Source: Candidatus Levyibacteriota bacterium (lineage in GTDB: Bacteria; Patescibacteriota; Microgenomatia; Levybacterales; UBA12049). Taken from it: 64,000 nt of DNA. The stretch covers positions 18,275-82,274 of the forward strand of contig PJMG01000005.1 of NCBI GenBank assembly GCA_003173895.1, read 5' to 3'. The notes below the pieces were generated by a model that saw only the letters and a list, made by a program, of their open reading frames with translations, had not been told where the DNA came from and did not search any database. Made by a program: the position numbers and the translations under genes. The first letter of the stretch is position 1. The number at the start of each line of letters is the position of its first letter. This document shows, in pieces, positions 10,217 to 20,285 of the stretch.

Positions 10217-11739
10217 AATACATTGATTCTTTTTTAAATAAATTCACAATGTATAAATTTACTATGTATTATTTACTAGTAATAATTGGTATGGCTGTTA
10301 TTTTTAGTTTCTTTAAAATTATACTTTATAATCCTCTAGATATTTTACTTAGTACTATCTTAGCTGTAATTTCTTGTTATATTTTTAATTGGATTTTTTC
10401 TGTGATTTTTAAAGCTCCTACCAGTTCTGATTCTGCTATTATAACAGCATTAATTTTAGTGCTGCTTATTCCTACTAAATTTCCCATGAACGCTACTTTT
10501 ATTTTACTTGCTTCATTTTTAGCCATGGCATCTAAATATTTTGCGACTATAGATAAGCATCACCTTTTTAATCCTGCTGCAGTTTCTTTAGCTGCTATAG
10601 CATTATTATCACCAGAGCATTCAGCTATTTGGTGGGTGGGAACTACTCCTCTCATGCCATTTATAGTGATAGGTGGACTTTTATTAATGAGAAAAATTCA
10701 ACGAGAAAGTATGGTTATTACATTTTTTATATCTTATTTTATTATTTTAGGCGCTATTGCCATTTTTAAAAACGAATCAATTTTAACTCTCTGGCAAAAA
10801 TCTATATTAGAATCTTCACTTTTTTTCTTAGGTTTTGTAATGTTAACAGAACCTTTAACTTCCCCTGCCACTAAAATTAAAAGAATATATTATGCCATTT
10901 TTGTATCTATTCTTTTCGCTACGCCTCAAATTAATTTATTTAATTTTTCTCTAACGCCAGAATTAGCACTTTGTGTAGGAAACGTTTTTTCATATATCAT
11001 AAGTCCGTTTCAAAGACTAGAATTGTTTCTTAAAGAAAAAAGACAAATAGCATATGATACTTACGAGTTCGCATTTGAAAAACCTAAAAAATTTGCTTTT
11101 ATACCGGGACAATATATGGAATGGACATTGCCTCATAATGATGTAGATTTGCGTGGAAATAGACGATATTTTAGTTTGTCTTCTGGTCCTTTGGATAATG
11201 AAATATCAATTGCTGTTCGTTTTTATACTCCCCCGAGTTCTTTTAAGAAAAATTTACTTGATTTAAATGGTGATAAAAAAATAATCGCTTCCCAAGTGGC
11301 TGGAGATTTCACTTTATCTAAAGATTTAGATAAACCACTAGTTTTTATAGCTGGAGGAATAGGTATAGCTCCTTTTAAAAGCATGATTAAAAATATTATG
11401 GATAAAAAATTAAAGGCAAATATTATTTTACTTTATGCTAATCGACATATCGAAGATATTGCTTATAAAAATTTATTGGATCAGGCAGAAAAATTTGGTA
11501 TAAAAACTATTTATACTTTAACAGATGTTAAAAGTACTCCTAAAGATTGGAAGAGTGAAACAGGTTATGTTAATGAAAATTTAATTAAGCGAGAAATTCC
11601 TGATTTTAAAAATAGAATTTTTTATATCTCAGGTCCACAGCTCATGGTAGATAATTTTAAAGAAATTTTAGGAAAGATTGGCGTAAAAAGGAAAAATATA
11701 AAATCAGATTTCTTCCCAGGATATAATGAGAGTAAATAA
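10213..11739 (+). CDS. RnfD/NqrB-like membrane domain fused to a ferredoxin-NADP reductase-like FAD/NAD(P)-binding domain
   Basis: HLFNPAA and MLTEPLTSP (RnfD-like); FIPGQY, RYFSLSS, IAGGIGIAP, YISGPQLMV (FNR-like). Confidence 0.88.
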   Translation: MKYIDSFLNKFTMYKFTMYYLLVIIGMAVIFSFFKIILYNPLDILLSTILAVISCYIFNWIFSVIFKAPTSSDSAIITALILVLLIPTKFPMNATFILLASFLAMASKYFATIDKHHLFNPAAVSLAAIALLSPEHSAIWWVGTTPLMPFIVIGGLLLMRKIQRESMVITFFISYFIILGAIAIFKNESILTLWQKSILESSLFFLGFVMLTEPLTSPATKIKRIYYAIFVSILFATPQINLFNFSLTPELALCVGNVFSYIISPFQRLELFLKEKRQIAYDTYEFAFEKPKKFAFIPGQYMEWTLPHNDVDLRGNRRYFSLSSGPLDNEISIAVRFYTPPSSFKKNLLDLNGDKKIIASQVAGDFTLSKDLDKPLVFIAGGIGIAPFKSMIKNIMDKKLKANIILLYANRHIEDIAYKNLLDQAEKFGIKTIYTLTDVKSTPKDWKSETGYVNENLIKREIPDFKNRIFYISGPQLMVDNFKEILGKIGVKRKNIKSDFFPGYNESK

Positions 11740-11741
11740 AG

Positions 11742-12593
11742 TTAAATTAGATTTACCGAAGATTGCTTAATATAATTTTCCGCAGCTTGTATAAAATTAC
11801 CTCTTAATAGTTCTTCTCCATGTCTTAATGCTTGACCTGCTACCTGTGCCATACCCATAAGCTGAGTAGGTATATCAAAATCATCAGTACTATGGAAACC
11901 TTCATGTTGAGGCCATTTCCAGGAGATTTCTGGTTCAAAATGAGCAGTAGTATAAATACCAACTAAGGGATTAATTCCTTGATCCTTATTTTTAAATCTT
12001 AAAATATGATCTGCGCTAGATTTTCTAATAAAATCATCTCTAATTCTTTCAGAAAAAGTATTTGTATTTAAATAATCATATAACCAAGATCTTTTGCCAG
12101 AATTATCAACTTGCCAGTGAATTAAGGGAACTATCTCATTTTGCGAAGAGGGATTAAGTAAATTCTTTGTCATAAGATGCTCTCTTAAAAAATCTAATTG
12201 TTTCATTAAAATGCCCCAAAATGGACCCATTTTACTGTGTTGTTTGCGTAATAACTGTGTTTCCAAAGTTTGATTTTTAATGTTTAATATTCTACCCCAA
12301 TCTTTTATAGCATCATATGCCTCATCTGTGTCCCCAAACGGAGCTATGGCAGATAATAATTGACCAAATTCTTTAGGAGATAGTCCTTTATTTAAGATTC
12401 CAAAGAATTCTGTAACTTGAGTGTCAGAGTGATAAATAGAATAAAAATGGATAGGAGCATTTCCGATAGAAAAATCACTAAGATGAGGTCTACCTCTCTT
12501 TTCTTCTAGTGTTGTGCCTAAAAGTTGATTGGCTGAAATAGGAGGAATAGCTGAGATAGTCTCTGTTGAATAACTTTTTTCATTTTCTGGCAT
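11742..12593 (-). CDS. Hypothetical protein (probable start MPENEK at 12593)
   Basis: ORF track extends to 12686 through AT-rich intergenic-like sequence; the first 15 nt at 12593 are identical to those of ORF 59. Confidence 0.65.
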   Translation of the reverse strand: MPENEKSYSTETISAIPPISANQLLGTTLEEKRGRPHLSDFSIGNAPIHFYSIYHSDTQVTEFFGILNKGLSPKEFGQLLSAIAPFGDTDEAYDAIKDWGRILNIKNQTLETQLLRKQHSKMGPFWGILMKQLDFLREHLMTKNLLNPSSQNEIVPLIHWQVDNSGKRSWLYDYLNTNTFSERIRDDFIRKSSADHILRFKNKDQGINPLVGIYTTAHFEPEISWKWPQHEGFHSTDDFDIPTQLMGMAQVAGQALRHGEELLRGNFIQAAENYIKQSSVNLI

Positions 12594-12777
12594 AGCAATA
12601 TTGGGCATTTTATCAAAAAATATAAAATTAAAGCAAATTTTATTTTTCCTCCTGCAATTATGTCTAAAATATTTCATTATATTCACTAAATTAAAAAATG
12701 CAATTTTATGTTTATAAATAGTTGAATATATACGAATTCCTATTTACAAATATTTGTATTATGAGTATATTATTCCT

Positions 12778-13254
12778 ATGGATGATAATAAGATTGACGA
12801 AAAAGTAGTGGATGGTGAAATAGTAAATGAGAATTTAAGTCAAACTACTGAATCTACTTTAACTGAAGATAATTCTACAGTAATCTCTAGTTTAGACGAA
12901 ATGATAAAATTGAATTTTAAGCGCATTGGTGAATTAGCAGCTGAGCAAAAACAAGCTAAAGATATGATCGAAGATGCTTTAGCCGGAAGTGAAAATTATA
13001 AAAACGCATCTGAAAAAGCTCAAGAATCTACTAACGAAAAAAATTCAGTTAAAAAAACACTTCAAAGTACTCCTGAGATGTTAAATCTTTTAAATAAATT
13101 AAAAGAAATAGCTTCAGAATTAAAAGAGAAAAAACTAGCTCTTTCTGACTATGTTCTGGAATATCAAAGACTTTCTGGCGCTACGGAAGTAGATCTCGGA
13201 AATGGTGAAGTTATGCAAATAGAAAATAGCGCTAAGTTAGTAAAGAGAAAATAA
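12778..13254 (+). CDS. Hypothetical coiled-coil protein (probable start MDDNK)
   Basis: Helical Lys/Glu-rich ORF. Confidence 0.7.
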   Translation: MDDNKIDEKVVDGEIVNENLSQTTESTLTEDNSTVISSLDEMIKLNFKRIGELAAEQKQAKDMIEDALAGSENYKNASEKAQESTNEKNSVKKTLQSTPEMLNLLNKLKEIASELKEKKLALSDYVLEYQRLSGATEVDLGNGEVMQIENSAKLVKRK

Positions 13255-13260
13255 TTTTTT

Positions 13261-14187
13261 ATGGCTAATCCAGAAGATCCAAATTTAACAGGTGGCACTC
13301 CTCCGAAAGATAGTGAAATAACTGCAGAAACATTGCCTGGTTTTGATCAGTTCCTTGACATGTATGTTAATGCTGCTAACCTAATTATAGGTTTTGCAGA
13401 AGCAAGTGGAGTAGAATTAGAAGATTTTCCACCTGGAATAGTAATAATTACAGATCTGGATCTTTTTAAAGATATAAGAGGTTTAACTGAAGGGAGTGTA
13501 TACAATCCATCAGCGCGGGCTCTAATAATTTCTGCTGAAAGTATAAAACACGCTGCAGATCCTAATGAAGATCACAGGTATGATCTTAGTGTGGCTAGAT
13601 TACTCTCAGATGAATTAACACATGCTGCTAGTACAAAAAAGCTAGACGACTCCACAATTCAATCTGGATTTGCTTTTTTTACACCAAGTTCTCAACCTAG
13701 AACTCCGAATAAATATAAATTCTATAATGAAAGAGATTATGGTAAATATCGCGAATGGTTAGGACTCGCTCCTCAATCGCCCGTAAAACTATCAGAAAGA
13801 AAAAAAAGTCTAACTGATAAAGAAAATTACACTGAAAGATTAACAAATCTAATTGCGGAATACCTTTTGGGAGGTATTGATGATTATTATTTATATGATA
13901 AGGAAGATAGTGGAACTATGATGCTTTATAGCTTAGATGATAATCATCAAAGAATTTCAGGAGATGAATTCATTTTTAAAATTGATCATAGTATTAATGG
14001 TAAAACTCATGTGGAGTGTCTAGAAGATGCTTTTAAAGCTTTAACTAGTGGAGATATAGATGCGCTAGAGAAGATATATTTATCTGGTCGTAATCGTGAC
14101 GGTTCTCCCAGAATAGATAACCTTAAAAATTTATTAGGGCATTATAATTTAACGCGCAGGGTTCCTGTCCAAAGAAGGAGCAATTAA
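13261..14187 (+). CDS. Hypothetical protein with a degenerate zincin-like motif (DELTH)
   Basis: LSDELTHA resembles HExxH, with a downstream E in NYTERLT. Confidence 0.55.
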   Translation: MANPEDPNLTGGTPPKDSEITAETLPGFDQFLDMYVNAANLIIGFAEASGVELEDFPPGIVIITDLDLFKDIRGLTEGSVYNPSARALIISAESIKHAADPNEDHRYDLSVARLLSDELTHAASTKKLDDSTIQSGFAFFTPSSQPRTPNKYKFYNERDYGKYREWLGLAPQSPVKLSERKKSLTDKENYTERLTNLIAEYLLGGIDDYYLYDKEDSGTMMLYSLDDNHQRISGDEFIFKIDHSINGKTHVECLEDAFKALTSGDIDALEKIYLSGRNRDGSPRIDNLKNLLGHYNLTRRVPVQRRSN

Positions 14188-14192
14188 AAATT

Positions 14193-14822
14193 CTAGATTT
14201 TCCCTCTCATTTTATTTTCATTTCTTATCTCTTTGGAAATAATTTTTAGATTTTGATCCAATGTATAAACATATACTTCGCCTAAGCCTATTTCTAAATT
14301 AGAAATGTCAGAATCTGAGATATTTTCTAAATATTTAACTATACAGCGAATGGCATTTCCTGATGAAACCATAATGACATTTTTATCTTCTTTTAAAAGC
14401 GGTTCGATATTTGATTTATAATATGGAATTTCACGATCATAAACATCTTTTAAAGTTTCTCCCTTTGGAATTGGGACATTCCAACCTCGTCTGATTTCAT
14501 GGAATTTTTCTTCTCCTACTTCTTTTTCTATTTCCCATTTATTTTTTCCAGTAAAATCTCCATAATTTCTTTCATTTATAGCTCTAGAAATTGTAATAGG
14601 AATTTGTTGATTAATGGTTTGCTCTATTATTTCTAAAGTATGTTTAGCTCTGATTAAATCCGAAACAAAAGCTTGATCAAATTTAATGTCCTTTATTTGC
14701 TTACCTGCATTTTTAGCTTCTTCTATACCCTGCTGATTTAAATCAGGATCAGCCCAGCCGGTCCAAAGGCCTTTTTCATTATATTCTGAAGTTCCATGTC
14801 GTACTAAAACTAATTTTGCCAT
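14193..14822 (-). CDS. gpmA: 2,3-bisphosphoglycerate-dependent phosphoglycerate mutase
   Basis: LVLVRHG, WTGWAD, NERNYG, GETLKD, SGNAIR. Confidence 0.93.
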   Translation of the reverse strand: MAKLVLVRHGTSEYNEKGLWTGWADPDLNQQGIEEAKNAGKQIKDIKFDQAFVSDLIRAKHTLEIIEQTINQQIPITISRAINERNYGDFTGKNKWEIEKEVGEEKFHEIRRGWNVPIPKGETLKDVYDREIPYYKSNIEPLLKEDKNVIMVSSGNAIRCIVKYLENISDSDISNLEIGLGEVYVYTLDQNLKIISKEIRNENKMRGKI

Positions 14823-14823
14823 A

Positions 14824-16206
14824 TTACTTTTTTAATAAATTTTCTATTTCTAATAATCTATTATATTTTGCTATTCGTTCTCCCCTATTAGGTGCGCCAA
14901 ATTTTACCATATCACTGTTAGTTCCTACGGCTAAATCCGCGATAAAACTATCATTAGTTTCTCCGCTTCTATGAGAAATTATAGTTTTAATATTGTTATT
15001 TTGACACAATTTAATCGCTTCCAAAGTTTCTGTCAAAGTTCCTATTTGATTTAATTTTATTAGGACTGAATTAATAGCTTTTTCATCAATGGCCTTTTGA
15101 ATTCGTTTAAGATTAGTAGTTACTAAATCATCACCTACGATTATAAATCTATTTCCAATAGCATTAGTTAAGTCTGACCAATTTTGCCAGGCATCTTGAT
15201 CAAAGATATCTTCTAACAAGGAAATAGGATAATTATTAGCCCAGGCTATAATTTTTTGTTGCCACTCAGTTGCTGAGACAACTTTATTATTCTCACTTTT
15301 TAAAACATAATTATTATTTTGGTAAAATTCTGAGGCTGCTGCATCTACTCCGATAGTAAAATCTTCATTTAATTTATAATCTGCTTTTTCGACTGCTTGC
15401 ATAATTAAATCTAAAGCTTCTTCATTGGATTTTAATTCTTTAGGGCAGAATGCTCCTTCAAAACCTACACCGGTAGAATATTTTTTTTCTTCTAAAATAG
15501 TTTCAAGTGTTTTATAGATTTTTATAATGGCTTGAATTTTTGAATTAAAATTTGAAAATTTCTCTAAATTAGGAATTATGGAATATTCTTGAATATCAGT
15601 AACCCAATTACCATGTTTTCCACCACAGATAAGGACAGATAGAGGGTTTGGAATCTTGAAATTAGTAGCGGCTTCGCGAGCGTTAGCCGATTCGGTCTGA
15701 GCCTCACGGTCGAAGACGTGGTGATCTTTTAGAGATTGCTCCTGCCCGCTAACGCCTGAGCGTAGCTCTGGCAGGCGGGTCGTCGTTTCACTATTCGCAA
15801 CGACGTATATATATTCAAATAGTTCTAGATTTTGTGATTTAGCAGCAGCTCTGGCGACGCTTAAAGATACAGATAAAATAGCATTTGCTCCTAAATTTGA
15901 TTTATTTTCTGTACCATCCAAATTTATCATGATTTCATCGATTCCTTTTTGATTTTCTACATTTTGTCCTACTAATGCCTGAGTAATTTTAGTGTTCACA
16001 TTTTCTACTGCTTTTAAAACACTTCTCCCTTGAAAGTTATTTGGGTCATTGTCTCGCAGTTCTAAAGCTTCATATTTCCCAGTAGAAGTTCCAGAAGGAA
16101 CAGAAGCAATGGATATAATCCCATTTTCTAAGATAACTGTGATTTGAATTGTTGGGTTAGCATTACTGTCTAAAATCTGAGTTGCTTGAATATTTTTAAT
16201 TTTCAT
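14824..16206 (-). CDS. eno: Enolase carrying a ~45-aa in-frame insertion
   Basis: VPSGTSTG, ELRD, LGANAIL, GDDL, KLNQIGT, SHRSGET, RGERIAKYN. Confidence 0.96.
   Translation of the reverse strand: MKIKNIQATQILDSNANPTIQITVILENGIISIASVPSGTSTGKYEALELRDNDPNNFQGRSVLKAVENVNTKITQALVGQNVENQKGIDEIMINLDGTENKSNLGANAILSVSLSVARAAAKSQNLELFEYIYVVANSETTTRLPELRSGVSGQEQSLKDHHVFDREAQTESANAREAATNFKIPNPLSVLICGGKHGNWVTDIQEYSIIPNLEKFSNFNSKIQAIIKIYKTLETILEEKKYSTGVGFEGAFCPKELKSNEEALDLIMQAVEKADYKLNEDFTIGVDAAASEFYQNNNYVLKSENNKVVSATEWQQKIIAWANNYPISLLEDIFDQDAWQNWSDLTNAIGNRFIIVGDDLVTTNLKRIQKAIDEKAINSVLIKLNQIGTLTETLEAIKLCQNNNIKTIISHRSGETNDSFIADLAVGTNSDMVKFGAPNRGERIAKYNRLLEIENLLKK
15670..15804. repeat. Composite GC-rich palindromic element inserted in frame in eno
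   Basis: 135 bp; minus strand GTCGTTGCGAA...AGCAATCTC...CTCGCGAAGCC, with internal hairpins at 15741-15779 and 15691-15714. Confidence 0.8.
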
Positions 16207-16282
16207 GCAAGTATATTGTATATTAAAACTAAATATATTTAAATTATTGACTTTAATCTAAATTATTTTGTATATTAATATT

Positions 16283-16720
16283 ATGGCAAAAGAGTTTCCT
16301 CATATTCCAGGAGTAACCCAAGAAAATTATTTTGAAGTAGTTAAAGATACTTTATCAGGTAGAGATATAATTATTCAAGCTGACGCTAGTACTCCAGGAG
16401 CGATTCTGGATACAGTTGTAGAAATGGATCCTAATCTGCTGCCGACAGATACCATATATAAAATTGATGATGGTGGGAAAGTGATCATTATGGATCAAAG
16501 TGGTAATACTTTAGATGGTCTTTTAGCCACCGATATACCAGATTCTTCAAATACTCCTGCAGACAACTTTGGAGAGACACATGTGACAGGATATATTAAC
16601 AACAATAAGATTGATCAACATATTATTACTAATGCAGTTCAACCGGATAAATCCTTAACTTTTCCTATGAAACCACCAGTTACATTCAGAAGACCTGCAG
16701 TAAAACCTCAAATCCCTTAA
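16283..16720 (+). CDS. Hypothetical protein (probable start MAKEFP)
   Basis: ORF with Pro-rich C-terminus. Confidence 0.6.
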   Translation: MAKEFPHIPGVTQENYFEVVKDTLSGRDIIIQADASTPGAILDTVVEMDPNLLPTDTIYKIDDGGKVIIMDQSGNTLDGLLATDIPDSSNTPADNFGETHVTGYINNNKIDQHIITNAVQPDKSLTFPMKPPVTFRRPAVKPQIP

Positions 16721-16763
16721 AATAACTCTACAATTAAGCTCGAAATTCATATATTATTATTCT

Positions 16764-19223
16764 ATGGATGAGAAGCTATTAAATACAGATCCTGAAAAAG
16801 GTTTATCATCAAATGAAGTTAATAAAAGAATTGCTCTTTATGGCAAAAATATAGTTCTAAAAAAGAAAAGATTTAAACCATTTTTCGAATTTCTACAGAT
16901 TCTGCTTAGTCCACTTATTTTTCTTTTAATTGGTGCTAGTCTTATTTCTGCTGCAGCAGGAGACAAAATAGATTTTTTTATCATTCTCGCGATTATTTTA
17001 GTTAGTGGCACCGTTTCATATTTTCAGAAGTCAAAAGCAGAACATGAAGCTGAAAAACTAAAACAAAAAGTTTCCGTTCAAACTACAGTTTTAAGAGACA
17101 ACGCTAAAAAGGAAATTCCAATAGTGGATTTAGTGGTAGGAGATATTGTATTTCTTAGCGTGGGTGATTTGGTTCCTGCAGACTGTAAAATTTTAACTTC
17201 TAAAAGTTTAAGTATAGATGAAAGCACTTTAACTGGTGAATCTTTCCCTAAAGATAAAAATAAGAATGATATCGCTTTTATGGGAACCAATATTCTTTCT
17301 GGTGAAGGAGTGGTTGTAGTGGATGCCACAGGCAGACAAACCAGATTTGCAATGCTTTCTAAAGAAATTATAAAACCTAAACCTCCAACTGCATTTGATT
17401 TAGGACTTAAAAACATCTCTATTTTAATAGTTAAATTTGTAATAGTGATGTCGATAGTAGTCTTTGCAGCCAATTCTATTCTTCATGGTAATATTCTACA
17501 GTCACTTCTCTTTGCATTAGCCATAGCTGTAGGGATTACTCCTGAAATGTTACCGATAATTTTAACTATTAATCTTTCCAAAGGCGCAGTAAGAATGGAA
17601 AAAAAAGATGTAGTTATAAAATATTTACCCGCGATTCAGAATTTAGGCGGAATGAATATTTTATGTACAGATAAAACTGGAACTATAACAGAAGGAGATA
17701 TAAAACTCCAAGGTTTTGAAAATTATAAAGCAGATCAGGATACAAATATTTTTGATTTTTGTTTTTTAAATAGTTATTTTCAATCAGGGTTTAAAAATCC
17801 TCTGGATGGCGCAATATTGGAAAATAAAGCGGATTTTAAACTAAATTTAAATGAGTTTAAACTAGTCGATGAAATTCCTTTTGATTTTGAAAGAAAAAGA
17901 TTATCTATTGTTCTTTCTCAAAAAAAGAAGAATATTTTAATAACTAAAGGTTCAGTAATTCCAGTTCTGGAAAAATGTACATCAGTTTTAGAGAAAAATA
18001 AAAATGTAAAATTAACTGAAAATATTAGAAAAAAACTTCTTAAGAGATATCAGGATTTAAGTAAAAAAGGATTTAGAGTTATCGCTATTGCTAAAAAAAA
18101 TATCGCATATAAAAAAACATATGAAGAAAAAGATGAAAGTAGTTTAGAATTTTTAGGATTTATTTACTTTTTCGATCCTATTAAAAAATCAGTTAAAGAA
18201 ACACTAAAAGCATTAGAAAAAAATAAAATAGAAATAAAAATTTTAACTGGCGATAATGAGTTTGCCTCACGTACAATCTGTGAAAACGCTGGGCTTAAAG
18301 TAAATAATATTATTAATGGAAGTGATTTTGAAAAATTGACTTCAGTAGAAAAATTAAAAACAGCACTTGAAACTACGATTTTTACCAGACTGACACCTGA
18401 GCAAAAAGCAGAAATAATAAATGTGCTTAAAAATGCCGGAAAAACTGTTGGTTACTTAGGCGATGGAATTAATGATGCTCCTCCTCTTAAAAATGCTGAT
18501 GTAGGGATCTCTGTTAGTAACGGTGCAGATATAGCTTTGGATATAGCCGATGTAGTTTTAATGCAAAAGAGTTTGCATGTTTTAAATGCTGGCGTAGAAG
18601 AAGGAAGAAAAACTCATATAAATATTTTTAAATATTTAATGATGGAAATTTCTTCTAATTTTGGTAACATGATAACAGTTTCTATTGCTTCATTTCTCTT
18701 GCCATTTATTCCTATGCTACCCACTCAAATTCTGTTAAATAATTTTCTTTACGATGTCTCCCAATTTGCCATCGCTACAGATCATGTAGATTCCGAATTA
18801 CTTTTAGAACCTAAAAAATGGAATATAAATTTCATAAAAAAGTTCATGCTACTTTTTGGCAGCATTAGCTCTATTTTCGATTTCATAACATTTTTTACTT
18901 TATTCTATTTTCTACATTTTACTATTGGTTCATTTAGAACAGGATGGTTTATAGAAAGTTTACTAACTCAAACTCTAATTATTTTTAGTATTAGAACTGC
19001 CAGAAGTCCTTTTATAAAAAGTTTACCTTCGAAAACTCTTGTTTTCAGTTCGATAATTGTTATTTTAATAGGAATATTTATTACTTTCCCACCCATTGGT
19101 CATTATTTCTCATTTTCTGTGATGCCTGCCATTTTCTACCCCCTGCTAGCGTTAATAACTGTTTGTTATTTTGTAATAGTTGAGATTGTTAAAGGTAGAT
19201 TTTATAGAGTTAATAGGCTGTAA
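16764..19223 (+). CDS. mgtA: Mg2+-translocating P-type ATPase (MgtA/MgtB-like)
   Basis: TGES, PEMLP, DKTGT, FDFERKRLS, TGDN, GDGINDAP, SSNFGNM, GWFIES. Confidence 0.88.
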   Translation: MDEKLLNTDPEKGLSSNEVNKRIALYGKNIVLKKKRFKPFFEFLQILLSPLIFLLIGASLISAAAGDKIDFFIILAIILVSGTVSYFQKSKAEHEAEKLKQKVSVQTTVLRDNAKKEIPIVDLVVGDIVFLSVGDLVPADCKILTSKSLSIDESTLTGESFPKDKNKNDIAFMGTNILSGEGVVVVDATGRQTRFAMLSKEIIKPKPPTAFDLGLKNISILIVKFVIVMSIVVFAANSILHGNILQSLLFALAIAVGITPEMLPIILTINLSKGAVRMEKKDVVIKYLPAIQNLGGMNILCTDKTGTITEGDIKLQGFENYKADQDTNIFDFCFLNSYFQSGFKNPLDGAILENKADFKLNLNEFKLVDEIPFDFERKRLSIVLSQKKKNILITKGSVIPVLEKCTSVLEKNKNVKLTENIRKKLLKRYQDLSKKGFRVIAIAKKNIAYKKTYEEKDESSLEFLGFIYFFDPIKKSVKETLKALEKNKIEIKILTGDNEFASRTICENAGLKVNNIINGSDFEKLTSVEKLKTALETTIFTRLTPEQKAEIINVLKNAGKTVGYLGDGINDAPPLKNADVGISVSNGADIALDIADVVLMQKSLHVLNAGVEEGRKTHINIFKYLMMEISSNFGNMITVSIASFLLPFIPMLPTQILLNNFLYDVSQFAIATDHVDSELLLEPKKWNINFIKKFMLLFGSISSIFDFITFFTLFYFLHFTIGSFRTGWFIESLLTQTLIIFSIRTARSPFIKSLPSKTLVFSSIIVILIGIFITFPPIGHYFSFSVMPAIFYPLLALITVCYFVIVEIVKGRFYRVNRL

Positions 19224-19226
19224 AAT

Positions 19227-20219
19227 TTACTTGCTTAATTTTTTAATTTCCTCTTTTAATTTATTTAAAGATCCTTCATTATAAATACTTACGCTTAATA
19301 CTTCTTTATTTTTAAATAATTTTTGTAAATCTTTAAGTTTTTTATTATCGATTAAATCTATTTTAGTAAAAAGGATAACTTCTTTTTTACTTTCTAATTC
19401 TTTAGAAAAGCTACTTAATTCTGCTCTTATAGTTTCATAATCTTTTTTAATATTTTCACTTTGAGAGTCAATGCAATGAATTAAAACTTTAGTTTTTTCT
19501 ACGTGTTTTAAAAATTTTATTCCCAATCCTTTCCCTTTAGACGCACCTTCTATTATTCCGGGAATGTCAGCAATAACGATATGATTAGATTGCTTCACTT
19601 CGTTCGCAATGACGGGAGTAAACATTACTCCTAAGTTTGGTTCTAGTGTAGTAAAAGCGTAGTTTCCGATTTTAGGATGAGCATTAGTTAAAACTTTTAA
19701 CAAACTACTTTTTCCAGCGTTTGGAAGTCCTATTAAACCTATGTCTGCAAAAAGTTTTAGAACTAAATGAATTTTCTTTTCTTCTCCAGGTTTACCATTT
19801 TCAAAATGTCTAGGTGTTTGATTAATGGAACTTCTAAATTCACTATTTCCTCTTCCCCCATTTCCACCCTTAGCTATTAAAAATTTATCATCTTCACTTT
19901 CTACATCCCAAATTTGTCCAGTTTCTTCATCTGTTACTTCAGTTCCCAATGGTACTAAAAGCACTAAATCTTCTCCAGTTTTACCTCGGTTATATTCAGT
20001 TTTTCCTTTTCCACCATCTTCAGCTTTTATATTTTTCTTAAACCTAAATTTACTAAGTGCATCTATATCATTAACTCCTTTTACATAAATATCTCCACCC
20101 TTTCCCCCATTTCCACCATCTGGACCACCAAAAGCAGTCATAGCATTCCTTCTCAAGTGCATTAAACCATCTCCGCCGTTCCCCGCTTTAACTGTAATTT
20201 TCACATCATCAATTAACAT
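19227..20219 (-). CDS. obgE: GTPase ObgE/CgtA
   Basis: Gly-rich Obg domain, GLPNAGKS, YAFTTLEPNLG, DIPG, TKID. Confidence 0.97.
   Translation of the reverse strand: MLIDDVKITVKAGNGGDGLMHLRRNAMTAFGGPDGGNGGKGGDIYVKGVNDIDALSKFRFKKNIKAEDGGKGKTEYNRGKTGEDLVLLVPLGTEVTDEETGQIWDVESEDDKFLIAKGGNGGRGNSEFRSSINQTPRHFENGKPGEEKKIHLVLKLFADIGLIGLPNAGKSSLLKVLTNAHPKIGNYAFTTLEPNLGVMFTPVIANEVKQSNHIVIADIPGIIEGASKGKGLGIKFLKHVEKTKVLIHCIDSQSENIKKDYETIRAELSSFSKELESKKEVILFTKIDLIDNKKLKDLQKLFKNKEVLSVSIYNEGSLNKLKEEIKKLSK
19587..19613. repeat. 27-bp palindromic-family element in frame in obgE
   Basis: Minus strand GTCATTGCGAACGAAGTGAAGCAATCT encodes VIANEVKQS. Confidence 0.7.
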
Positions 20220-20285
20220 ATGTATATTTTAGCAGATTGTACAAGCAAATTGCCTTAGTTTTCAATTCTATAATATAATTCAAAA

